From the NCBI GenBank assembly GCA_038746605.1, contig JBCDKM010000007.1, forward strand, positions 11,761 to 43,760: DNA of 32,000 bases, written 5' to 3'. Below are positions 8,562 to 16,703 of this stretch, one piece after another. The translations under genes and the position numbers were made by a program. Origin of the DNA: Bacteroidota bacterium. GTDB taxonomy: Bacteria; Bacteroidota; Rhodothermia; Rhodothermales; Rubricoccaceae. A model generated the notes under the pieces. That model saw only the letters and a program-made list of their open reading frames with translations, did no database searches and was not told the origin of the DNA. The stretch's first letter is position 1, and each line of letters opens with the position of its first letter.

Positions 8562-9490
8562 CCGTCCTGTCCGTCCTGAAGGTTCACCGCCGCGAGAGCT
8601 TCTGCGGGAACCCGCCAGTCTGCCGTCAGGGTGGCACGCCAGAGGATGAGGCCACGCCCGTCCGCGACCTCTACGGGGCTGGGAGCAGCCGTGCGGTACG
8701 TCACGCGCGCATCTGTCACGATGGCGCGTTGCTGGGGATCATCGTCCGGAAGCCCCAACTCGCCCAGGATGCGGTCCGCATCCCCTCCGAGAGAGACGAG
8801 GATGCTGTTCCGCTGGTTGAAGGGGAAGTAGGTCACGGTGACTGTGGCAGTCTGCCCCGTGTCGAGTCGGCGAGCGTCGTAGGTCACGAGAACCGGCGCA
8901 GGGCGGACCAGGAGGCCGTTGAGGTCGAGTCGGCGGCTTGGGGTGCTGGCAGAGGCTGCACTGGTGTCCGCGATGAGGGGAGTGGGGATCTCGAACTGGG
9001 CGGTGGATGCGGCGCTCTCGTCCCCTGCGCGAGCGGCTCGCAGTTGATAGGTCTGGCCTCCCTCGATGGAGGCTGTCGTCCAGAAGAGATGGCCGGTAGT
9101 GCCTGCGTCCAGAAGCGTGAGGGAATCTCGCAAGGCGACAGCCGCGCCCGTTGAGAGAGACTCCAGCGTCACCCGTGCGTCGAGGAGAGCGGGCTCCGCG
9201 CCCGGGGGGACCCGGAAGTCTTGCACGCGGACGAAGAGGGTATCGTCGCGAGAGTCCAGGGCGGCGTCGAGGGCGAAGTACGGAGGGCCGTCCGCGAAGG
9301 GGTCGAAGTCCGTGGAGCAGGCCGCGAGGCTGAGTGCGAGCATCAGTGCAGCGAGTGCTCTCAGCGCCGGTCCAGTGGACGGCCGCGAGCGGTGACGGTC
9401 TGGTCGCAGGTGGACAGGGGAGCCCGCCTCGGTACCGAGGCGGGAGGAGTCATCCGTGATCTGTGGTCTGGAAGCCGTCTCGCGCATCAC
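8558..9490 (-). CDS. Lipoprotein partner of the upstream TonB-dependent receptor (DUF4249-like by position)
   Basis: Carries the lipobox LMLALSLAAC. The only possible starts are GTG 9490 / ATG 9487, which overlap the receptor stop, or ATG 9343, which leaves too short a signal peptide. The long form translates a palindromic repeat as SSRLGTEAGS. Confidence 0.5.
   Translation of the reverse strand: MMRETASRPQITDDSSRLGTEAGSPVHLRPDRHRSRPSTGPALRALAALMLALSLAACSTDFDPFADGPPYFALDAALDSRDDTLFVRVQDFRVPPGAEPALLDARVTLESLSTGAAVALRDSLTLLDAGTTGHLFWTTASIEGGQTYQLRAARAGDESAASTAQFEIPTPLIADTSAASASTPSRRLDLNGLLVRPAPVLVTYDARRLDTGQTATVTVTYFPFNQRNSILVSLGGDADRILGELGLPDDDPQQRAIVTDARVTYRTAAPSPVEVADGRGLILWRATLTADWRVPAEALAAVNLQDGQDG
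9423..9444. repeat. CCGCCTCGG palindromic element, short-loop copy inside the 5' part of ORF 8558..9490
   Basis: cccgcctcgg-ta-ccgaggcggg is a perfect 22-nt palindrome, 43 nt past the receptor stop. Confidence 0.85.
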
Positions 9491-11724
9491 TCCACCTCCA
9501 CGCGGATGCCGACCGACGGGATGACACGGAACTGGTCCACCCGCTCGCCCTGGAAGAGGTCGAACGTGTAGAGATTCGCGCGATCGGTGGCATTGATGAG
9601 GGAGCCTTGCACGACGAGCCCCGCCGCGCCGAGGTCAAACCGACGTTCGGCGGAAAGATCGAGGCGGAAGTACGCGGGTGTACGGGTGTCGTAGGGCGTG
9701 TCCGTGAGCACGACGGCAGGCTGCCCCTCCTCGGTGCGTGTATCCGAGGGGCGGCGACCGCCTACGTCCAAGAACGCCCCGACGACACGGCTGTAGGGGC
9801 GACCGGAGGCGAGCTCGGCGCGAGCCCCGAGAGACCACCCTGCGGCGTCCACGCGAGCCACGAGGCGACCGCGATGCGTGCGGTCGTGAGGTGGGTTGTA
9901 GGCGTCCGGGGCCTCGCCCTCGGTCGAAGCGCGGTTGCCCTGGCGGTAGGTGTCGCGGTAGACCGTCCGCGAGAGGCCGTACACAGCGTCCAGCGAAAGG
10001 GGACCCAGGCGCCAATCCGCGCGCATGTCCAGGCCGATGACTTCGCCGTCTACGCGGGCGGGCTCCGGGTCTGTGAGGAGAAGAACCTGATTGTAGAGCT
10101 GCTTGCCGTAGACCTCCACGCCGAGGCCGAACGTGCGACCGAAGCGGCCGTCCCACCCCGCGATGCCATGCACGGCGCGAGGAATGCCCCGCCCGTCAAT
10201 GGTGGGGGCCCAAGCGATGAACCCGTCACCGACATCGAGCTGGTCTGCGAGGCCGATGATCTCCTGGCGATAGAGGCCGCCCGCCAGGGAGACCGCATGG
10301 TCGTCTGTGATCTCCCAGGTGGCCCGGCCCCGAGGTTCCACAGAGGGGTTCCGGGTCTGGCTCGGAAAGCCCTGGATTCGGATGCCGGGCTCCAGCGTGA
10401 TCCGCGGGCCAATCGCGATGTCAGCGTCTACGAAGAAGTGGCCTTCGGTTGTGTTCTCGCGGGTACTGCCCTCGAAGGTGTCGAAGGCGTAATCGAAGAG
10501 GAAGGTCTGACCGCCAAATCCGGCCCGAACGGTGTGGGGGCCGAGGTAGTAGACGTAGCCGAAGTTGCCGCCGTAGGCGCTGGCCGTGGAAGCGCGGGTG
10601 GCGCCGCGCGTGGGCTCGAACTCAGCGGTGTAGCGCGTGGCAAAAACGCCGATATCGAGGGCGGCGGCGAAGTGGGGCGAGATGGAAAAGAAGCGCCCTG
10701 CTGCGCCCTCGTTGCTCCAGCGGACGCCCGCCTCGCCGTTGGGTCCGGCCGCGAGTGCCCCCCGGTCGCTCGTGCGGAGCGCGGTGGCGGTCAGGAAGGT
10801 CGTGCCGTCGAGTTGGGCGTGGACCTTCGCGAGTGCGTCGCCGAAGCGGTACGGGAAATCACGCCCCACGGCCTGCCCCACGTCCTCCACGACGGACTCG
10901 CGCACGCTCACCACCGCAGAGACGGCGCCGGGCACGATGGGCCCTTCGAGCTGGAGTCCCGCGAGGAAGGGTGCCGCCGTCGCTCGTGCCGCGAAGCGCT
11001 GCTTGCTGCCGTTGCGCGTGGTCACGTCTACGACGGATGAGATGCGACCACCGTAGCGTGCGGGATAGCCGCCCGCATAGATGTCGGCCTGCGAGACCAC
11101 GTCGGCCGGGATGGCAGAGTAGAACCCGACGATGTGAAATGGCTGGAACAGTGGGATGCCGTCCACGAGCACGAGGTTTTGAACCGGCGTGCCGCCGCGC
11201 ACGGTGAGTTGGCCGCCTCGGTCGCCGAGGGCGACGACCCCGGGTTGGAAGGTGATGGCCTGCAGGAGGTCGCCGCCGGGATCCGGGCCGGGGAGGTTGG
11301 CGATTTCCGCTGGGCGGAGGGCGACGCGTCCGGCCTGGATCGGCTCGCGATCCGAGCCCGCCTCGACGAGCACATCGCCGATCTCGCGCGGGCGCAGTTC
11401 GATCACGTACTCGATCTCGGCACCGGGCTCCAGCGCGAGGGTGTCGGTCCGGGTGACGTGCCCGGTGAACGAAGCGCGGAGCGTATACCGGCCGGGCGCC
11501 ACGTCGGTGAAGATGAAGCCGCCTTCAGCAGTGGCGGCGCGGCCTCTCGGGGTGGCGTTAGGCGCGTCAAGGCTTGTGAGGAGGACACTCGCTCCAGGGA
11601 GCACCTCGCCTGTCCCAGCCTCGCGCACGATACCCGCCAGCGTAGCGGACTCATCACCCGTGGGTTGGGCAGCGAGAGCCGGTGCGAGCACCAGCACGGC
11701 GAGCAGGAGAACAAATCGCGCCAC
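9487..11724 (-). CDS. TonB-dependent outer-membrane receptor with carboxypeptidase-regulatory-like N-terminal domain
   Basis: Signal peptide MARFVLLLAVLVLAPALAAQ. LAGIVREAGTGEVLPGASVLL...GGFIFTDVAPGRYTL is CarboxypepD_reg-like. The plug carries VLVDGIPLFQPFH. A long beta-barrel with alternating pattern follows. Confidence 0.8.
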   Translation of the reverse strand: MARFVLLLAVLVLAPALAAQPTGDESATLAGIVREAGTGEVLPGASVLLTSLDAPNATPRGRAATAEGGFIFTDVAPGRYTLRASFTGHVTRTDTLALEPGAEIEYVIELRPREIGDVLVEAGSDREPIQAGRVALRPAEIANLPGPDPGGDLLQAITFQPGVVALGDRGGQLTVRGGTPVQNLVLVDGIPLFQPFHIVGFYSAIPADVVSQADIYAGGYPARYGGRISSVVDVTTRNGSKQRFAARATAAPFLAGLQLEGPIVPGAVSAVVSVRESVVEDVGQAVGRDFPYRFGDALAKVHAQLDGTTFLTATALRTSDRGALAAGPNGEAGVRWSNEGAAGRFFSISPHFAAALDIGVFATRYTAEFEPTRGATRASTASAYGGNFGYVYYLGPHTVRAGFGGQTFLFDYAFDTFEGSTRENTTEGHFFVDADIAIGPRITLEPGIRIQGFPSQTRNPSVEPRGRATWEITDDHAVSLAGGLYRQEIIGLADQLDVGDGFIAWAPTIDGRGIPRAVHGIAGWDGRFGRTFGLGVEVYGKQLYNQVLLLTDPEPARVDGEVIGLDMRADWRLGPLSLDAVYGLSRTVYRDTYRQGNRASTEGEAPDAYNPPHDRTHRGRLVARVDAAGWSLGARAELASGRPYSRVVGAFLDVGGRRPSDTRTEEGQPAVVLTDTPYDTRTPAYFRLDLSAERRFDLGAAGLVVQGSLINATDRANLYTFDLFQGERVDQFRVIPSVGIRVEVE

Positions 11725-11777
11725 GGGTCGGAGAGGACGGGGCGAAAGCTAGTGGTGGTCCGGGCGGATCGGAGGGC

Positions 11778-13229
11778 ATGCGCCCGTACCCCGCTACGGA
11801 GTCTCGGGCTCCCGGAAGCGCTCCCGAGGCGGTCCGGGCGGGCCGGAAACCTCGCGGATCCCTAGCTTCGGCGCCCGTGCCCCGACCGCTTCCCCGGCTC
11901 CTCCTCGCTTCCACAGCGCTGCTCGCGCTAGGCTGGACGGTCTACGTCCTCGCAGGAGACGCCCTCGCGGGCGTACTGGCCGACCGTCTTCGGGGCGCCG
12001 TCCGCGCCGCCACAGACGGTAAACTCCGCGACGCCGCTCCGTTTTTTCTCCACCGGCTCCGGGACGCGCTCGTCATCGCGGCGGCGATCGTGGGCGCGTG
12101 GGCGCTGAACTGGGCCGTGGTGCCGAGGGTGTCCAAGTGGAAGGGGGCGTGGCTGCCGCTCGGGGCGCTTTTCTTCGTGGAGGCGAACGTGATTCTTGCC
12201 GTGATGGCGCGGACCGGGCTCTTCTGGTTCGCGATGTACGCGGGCGGCAGCGCGCACGATGTCTCGCGCTTCTACGTCCGCCAGGCCATCGCGACGGATG
12301 CGAACGCGGAGCGCCTGGTCGGCATCATTGGGAGCAGCCAGGCGGGTACGCAGATCGACGAGGACCAGATCAACGAGGCCCTTGGCGACGACCTCTACGC
12401 AGCGCAACTCAACTTCCCTGCCGCGAAGCCCTACTCGTTGCTTCTCCTGCAGGACGACCTGGAGCGCGTCCGCCCCGATGCCCTCGTGCTCTACCTCAGC
12501 GAGGTCTCGTTCCTACGCGGCACCGGCCTGGAGCACCTCCCGCTCTTCGCCTCTGCAGGCGCTCTGTCTGACTTCGCCCGCCTCGGTGGTGAGGCGGACT
12601 GGGACCGCGACCGTGTCCGCAACGGCTGGATCTCGGCTGCCGTCCCAGCCTATCGGCTTCGAAGTCCACTCTCGCAGCGATTCTTAGGTCGTACCAGTGT
12701 CCCGCGCCCGGCGGAGATGAACCTCCCCGACGACGACCTTCCGAACCCGAAGGCCATTCAGGACATCGCGGAGGACGATCCCATCTTCCAGGCCGAGTTG
12801 GAGCGCCGCGCGCGGCTCCTCATCTACGGTGAACCCGTCGACTTCCAGTACCGCGCTCTCGAAGTCTTCGCCCAGCGCGCCGACGCGGCGGGCATCGACC
12901 TCTACCTCCTGCCAGGCACGGTTCACCCCGCGTTGGAAGCGCGCCTGCCGGAGGGCACGCGGGCGCAGATGTTGTCCGTCCTGCGCGGCCTTGGGGAGCG
13001 GTACGAGCGCGTCCACTACGTGGAGGAGGCCCGCCTTCCTCGCCTGGAGCACGCCGACTTCAAGGACCCGGCCCATGGCTCGAAGCGGGGCCAAGAGCGG
13101 TTCACCGCCGGACTAGTGGAGGTGCTGCGCGAGGAGATCCTCGGCGAGACGCCCGTGCGGCCGGACTCACTCGTCACAGTCGCGAGCGTTTCCTCTGAGA
13201 CCCATCAGTCGGACGGAGCCGCGCGATGA
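11778..13229 (+). CDS. Membrane-anchored SGNH/DUF1574-like protein, putative acyl-transfer partner of the downstream MBOAT
   Basis: N-terminal TM helices are followed by VGIIGSSQAG (GDS-like block I) and ADFKDPAHGS (D-x-x-H block V). The stop overlaps the MBOAT start as ATGA. The start is uncertain: ATG 11778, GTG 11877, or the ORF start at 11682. Confidence 0.5.
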   Translation: MRPYPATESRAPGSAPEAVRAGRKPRGSLASAPVPRPLPRLLLASTALLALGWTVYVLAGDALAGVLADRLRGAVRAATDGKLRDAAPFFLHRLRDALVIAAAIVGAWALNWAVVPRVSKWKGAWLPLGALFFVEANVILAVMARTGLFWFAMYAGGSAHDVSRFYVRQAIATDANAERLVGIIGSSQAGTQIDEDQINEALGDDLYAAQLNFPAAKPYSLLLLQDDLERVRPDALVLYLSEVSFLRGTGLEHLPLFASAGALSDFARLGGEADWDRDRVRNGWISAAVPAYRLRSPLSQRFLGRTSVPRPAEMNLPDDDLPNPKAIQDIAEDDPIFQAELERRARLLIYGEPVDFQYRALEVFAQRADAAGIDLYLLPGTVHPALEARLPEGTRAQMLSVLRGLGERYERVHYVEEARLPRLEHADFKDPAHGSKRGQERFTAGLVEVLREEILGETPVRPDSLVTVASVSSETHQSDGAAR

Positions 13230-14740
13230 TCTTCAACTCCCTCGCGTTCCTCGTCTTCCTCCCGGTCGTCATCGGGGCGTACTACCTGCTGCGAAAGGCC
13301 CGGCTGCAGAACCGGTTTCTGCTCGTCGCGAGCTACGTCTTCTACGGCTGGTGGGACTGGCGCTTCCTGCTCCTCATCGCGCTTTCCACCGTCGTGGACT
13401 TCTGGGTGGCGCGGCGCATCGACGCGAGGCGCGAGGCGGTCGGGCCGGACGCCGAGGCGGGCGCCCTCAAGAAGACGCTCCGCCCCTACCTCTGGGTCAG
13501 CCTCGCGGTCAACCTCGGGGTGCTAAGCTTCTTCAAGTACTTCAACTTCTTCTCCGGCAGCGCCGAGGACTTGATGCTCAGCCTCGGCATGACGCCGGAC
13601 TGGCCGACGCTGGGCGTCATCCTCCCGGTCGGCATCTCGTTCTACACGTTCCAGACGCTCAGCTACACCGTGGACGTCTACCGCGGCACGATGCGCGCCG
13701 TGGACGACTTCTTCGACTTCGCGCTCTACGTCTCGTTCTTCCCGCAGCTCGTCGCGGGACCCATCGAGCGGGCGCAGACGCTGATGCCGCAGGTCCAGCA
13801 GGCCCGCACGTTCAGCCGCTCCCAGTTCACCGACGGCGCGTGGCTCATCCTCCTCGGCTTCGTCAAGAAGGTGGTCATCGCGGACCAGCTCGGCCGCATC
13901 GCCGACCTCGGCTTCCAGACGGACACCCCCGAGTACGGCTGGCTCGGCGCCTTCCTCTTCTCGGCCTGCTTCGCCTTCCAGGTCTACGGCGACTTTTCAG
14001 GCTACTCGGACATCGCGCGGGGCACGGCCAAGCTGATGGGCTTCGAGCTGATGATCAACTTCGGCAAGCCGTTCCTGATCACCAACCCGAGCGCGTTCTG
14101 GCGGCACTGGCACATCTCGCTCTCCACGTGGCTGCGGGACTACCTCTACATCCCGCTCGGCGGCAGCCGGGGCGGCAACACTGCCGCCTACCGCAATCTC
14201 ACGATCACGATGATTCTCGGCGGGCTGTGGCACGGGGCAGGCTGGGGCTTCGTGCTCTGGGGCCTCTACCATGGCGTGCTCCTCAGCATCCACCGCTACT
14301 GGAGCCGCAACGTGTGGGCCAAGGTGCCGTGGCCGCAGGGCCTCCGCATCGCGACGGGCAAGGAGCAGATCGCTACGCGAGGGATCAGTAACGGGCTCTC
14401 GCACGCGCTGCTCGTGACGGGCTTCTTTGTGTTCTTTCTCTCGCACTGGATGGTGTTCCGCTCCTCCACGCTGCCGGAGGGCAACTCCCAGTGGACCTAC
14501 GTGGTGAACTGGCTCGGGGAGTGGTTCACGAGCGCGGGCATCGAGCAGGCCACGCCGTGGCTGCCCGCGTTTCTGCTCTTCGCGACCCTCGCGATGCTGG
14601 CCCAGTGGAAGGACGAGGCAATGGAGCACTTTTCGACGTGGACGCCCGCGCGGCAGGGGCTCGCCATCGCGGCGGCGCTGCTGACCATCGCGGTCTTCGG
14701 CGTCTTCGAGGGGACGGAATTTTTCTACTTCCAGTTCTAG
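13226..14740 (+). CDS. MBOAT-family membrane O-acyltransferase (AlgI/DltB-like)
   Basis: Polytopic membrane protein with FFPQLVAGPIER, DFSGYSDIARG, FWRHWHISLSTWLRDYLYIPLGGSR and GGLWHGAGW, which contain the conserved MBOAT histidines. Confidence 0.85.
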   Translation: MIFNSLAFLVFLPVVIGAYYLLRKARLQNRFLLVASYVFYGWWDWRFLLLIALSTVVDFWVARRIDARREAVGPDAEAGALKKTLRPYLWVSLAVNLGVLSFFKYFNFFSGSAEDLMLSLGMTPDWPTLGVILPVGISFYTFQTLSYTVDVYRGTMRAVDDFFDFALYVSFFPQLVAGPIERAQTLMPQVQQARTFSRSQFTDGAWLILLGFVKKVVIADQLGRIADLGFQTDTPEYGWLGAFLFSACFAFQVYGDFSGYSDIARGTAKLMGFELMINFGKPFLITNPSAFWRHWHISLSTWLRDYLYIPLGGSRGGNTAAYRNLTITMILGGLWHGAGWGFVLWGLYHGVLLSIHRYWSRNVWAKVPWPQGLRIATGKEQIATRGISNGLSHALLVTGFFVFFLSHWMVFRSSTLPEGNSQWTYVVNWLGEWFTSAGIEQATPWLPAFLLFATLAMLAQWKDEAMEHFSTWTPARQGLAIAAALLTIAVFGVFEGTEFFYFQF

Positions 14741-14770
14741 GAGCGCGCGGCGGTGGGCAGCGGAGTCGCC

Positions 14771-14804
14771 CCGCCTCGGTGGGTCCGTGGGCGTGCCGAG
14801 GCGG
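14771..14804. repeat. CCGCCTCGG palindromic element, long-loop copy, terminator-like after the MBOAT gene
   Basis: ccgcctcgg-tgggtccgtgggcgtg-ccgaggcgg, 31 nt past the MBOAT stop. Confidence 0.8.
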
Positions 14805-14872
14805 GCGGAGTACAGCACGGTGTGCCCGCAGGGATCGTCAGTCGAACGCGCAGCCATAGGTTCGGCCACGCG

Positions 14873-14890
14873 GGGCGCGCCGGCGCGCCC
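14873..14890. promoter_or_regulatory. Perfect 18-bp palindrome just upstream of the STING-domain gene (candidate operator or 5'-UTR hairpin)
   Basis: gggcgcgccggcgcgccc is its own reverse complement and ends 19 nt before ATG 14910. Confidence 0.3.
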
Positions 14891-14909
14891 ACCGCCTTCC
14901 CCCTGACCG

Positions 14910-15983
14910 ATGAGTACCGACTGGGCCAGCGACCGCCGTCTCGACATCCTCGTCCTCGGCCCAATGGGCGAGGATCCCGCAGGTCCGACCTCGACCGTTC
15001 CAATCCGCGACGCACTCGAACGCCTCCTGCAGGAAGACGAGATCCGTGCGCTCCTCGACGCTCGCAGCGTCCAGAGCGCGACGGTTCATATGCCCGAGGG
15101 GCAGAACGAGCCCGAGATCGTTCAGCGAGTGCTCCACCTGCTCGACACCGCCGACCTCGTGGTGTTCAACCTCAACCCGAAGGAGAGCACCCCGGACCGC
15201 GCCAACGTCTTCTACGAGCTTGGGCTCGTCCACGCGCTCGGCATCCCGTCCATGCTCGTTGCCTCGGCAGGCACCGAGGTGCCGTTCTACGTTCAAAGCG
15301 TCCGCCGTTACATCGCCAGCGACTTCGAGGTCTCGACGCTAGCCGACCTGCTCCGCCAGCCTCTCCGCGACTTCCTCGATACCACCAACGCGGCCACGTT
15401 CGCCAATGACCGCGTGAGCCAGTTCTACCGGGCGCCCGTCATCAATATCTCGGCGGCGGCCGGATTAGCGGTGGGCTACTACTTCAACTTTCTCGCCCGG
15501 CTGATCACCGAGGGCGGCTTTCTCGCGGAGTACCCGGATGCCTATCGGCACGTCGTCTACGTCCGCCCGTCCTCTCTGGAGACGACCTATCAGGCCGACC
15601 AGGAGCGGCTGCGCCGAGCGCTGGAAGCAGAGGGGCTTACACTCGAAACCGGGCGTCAGCTCAAAGCGATCCCAGCCGACAACAAGGGGCCGATCTGGTA
15701 CGACCACGTCGAGGACATCGTGATCGACATTCCCCGAGCGATCTACACGCTGCGGCGCTCGCCGCGGCTACTCTCGTTCCTGGCGCGAGCCCCGGCCGAG
15801 CGGATCCAAGAAGCTGCGTTCGAGCAGCGACTCCTGCAGATCGGACAGGACTTGCTCTCAGACGTGGAAGCTGCGCTGCGGTATCAGGTCCGTGAGGACG
15901 CCATGCGCGTGCGGCGCGAGATCCTGCACCTCAGCACAATTGAGGAGGCCCCGGCGCTCGTGCAGAGGCTGCTGGAGGGCTGA
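14910..15983 (+). CDS. TIR-like (Rossmann, catalytic-Glu type) N-terminal domain fused to a STING cyclic-dinucleotide-sensor domain
   Basis: C-terminal half: AAGLAVGYYFNFLARLI matches human STING GLAWSYYIGYLRLIL, HVVYVRP matches LYILLP, and VIDIPRAIYTL matches VLEYATPLQTL. N-terminal half: LDILVLGPMGE...ADLVVFNLNPKESTPDRANVFYELGLVHALGIP resembles the TIR module of bacterial TIR-STING effectors. Confidence 0.6.
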   Translation: MSTDWASDRRLDILVLGPMGEDPAGPTSTVPIRDALERLLQEDEIRALLDARSVQSATVHMPEGQNEPEIVQRVLHLLDTADLVVFNLNPKESTPDRANVFYELGLVHALGIPSMLVASAGTEVPFYVQSVRRYIASDFEVSTLADLLRQPLRDFLDTTNAATFANDRVSQFYRAPVINISAAAGLAVGYYFNFLARLITEGGFLAEYPDAYRHVVYVRPSSLETTYQADQERLRRALEAEGLTLETGRQLKAIPADNKGPIWYDHVEDIVIDIPRAIYTLRRSPRLLSFLARAPAERIQEAAFEQRLLQIGQDLLSDVEAALRYQVREDAMRVRREILHLSTIEEAPALVQRLLEG

Positions 15984-16307
15984 GCAGGATCACCGCGACC
16001 CTGCGGGTGTGCTGGCGGTGCTCACGCACGGTGATGACAGGCGCCAATCGGCACGGCTCTCGCGAGGTCTCTGGCGCGGCACCGCTCGCACTCTCTACAT
16101 TTTCAGCGTCTTCCCCGGGCGCTCGCTTGACTGTTTTTCTCTCAGACGTTTCCTTCGAGCTGGGCGGCTACCGCCGCCGCCTCGCGCACAACTCCACGCT
16201 CTCCCGGGTGCGCCCGCAGATGTGGTGGCGCGAGAAGATTTCCGGCAAGAGCCAGAGGCGCTACTCCCCTGCCCTGGCTGGCGGACCAGATTCGCGAGGC
16301 CGACGCT

Positions 16308-16703
16308 GTGGTCCACCTCACGGGCGAGGTGCCCGGCGCGATGCCGATCGAGGTGCACGTCTGTCGTCTCTACGCCCACCTCAGCGACGAGCCCGAGGCG
16401 CGGCGCCTGCTGGAGGAGGCGATCCGCATCGAGCGGCTGCAGTTCGATCCCCGTCACGTCAATCTCGTCATCCGGTATCTCAACCTCGCCCACGTTCTGT
16501 GGGACAGCGGTGAGCAGGACGGGGCTGCCACGCTCGCTCAGATCGCCCTCGCCATCTTTCTCTTCCGACTCGGTCCCGAGCACGAGCACTCGTACGCGAA
16601 TACCGCGCAGGGTGCACTGCACACTCTCGATCCCGCGTGGGTGGAAGCTGTCAAAGCAGGAGAAGCGAACCCCTTCGAATACCTGCCCCTTGAAGCGCTA
16701 TGA
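16308..16703 (+). CDS. TPR-like helical-repeat protein; probably the 3' part of a longer frameshifted gene starting near 16127
   Basis: EARRLLEEAIRIERLQFDPRHVNLVIRYLNLAHVLWDSGEQDGAATLAQIALAIF forms TPR-like helix pairs. The start shown is GTG. High third-position GC continues upstream in this frame to about 16269, then switches to another frame (see finding). The stop overlaps the next start as ATGA. Confidence 0.5.
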   Translation: MVHLTGEVPGAMPIEVHVCRLYAHLSDEPEARRLLEEAIRIERLQFDPRHVNLVIRYLNLAHVLWDSGEQDGAATLAQIALAIFLFRLGPEHEHSYANTAQGALHTLDPAWVEAVKAGEANPFEYLPLEAL

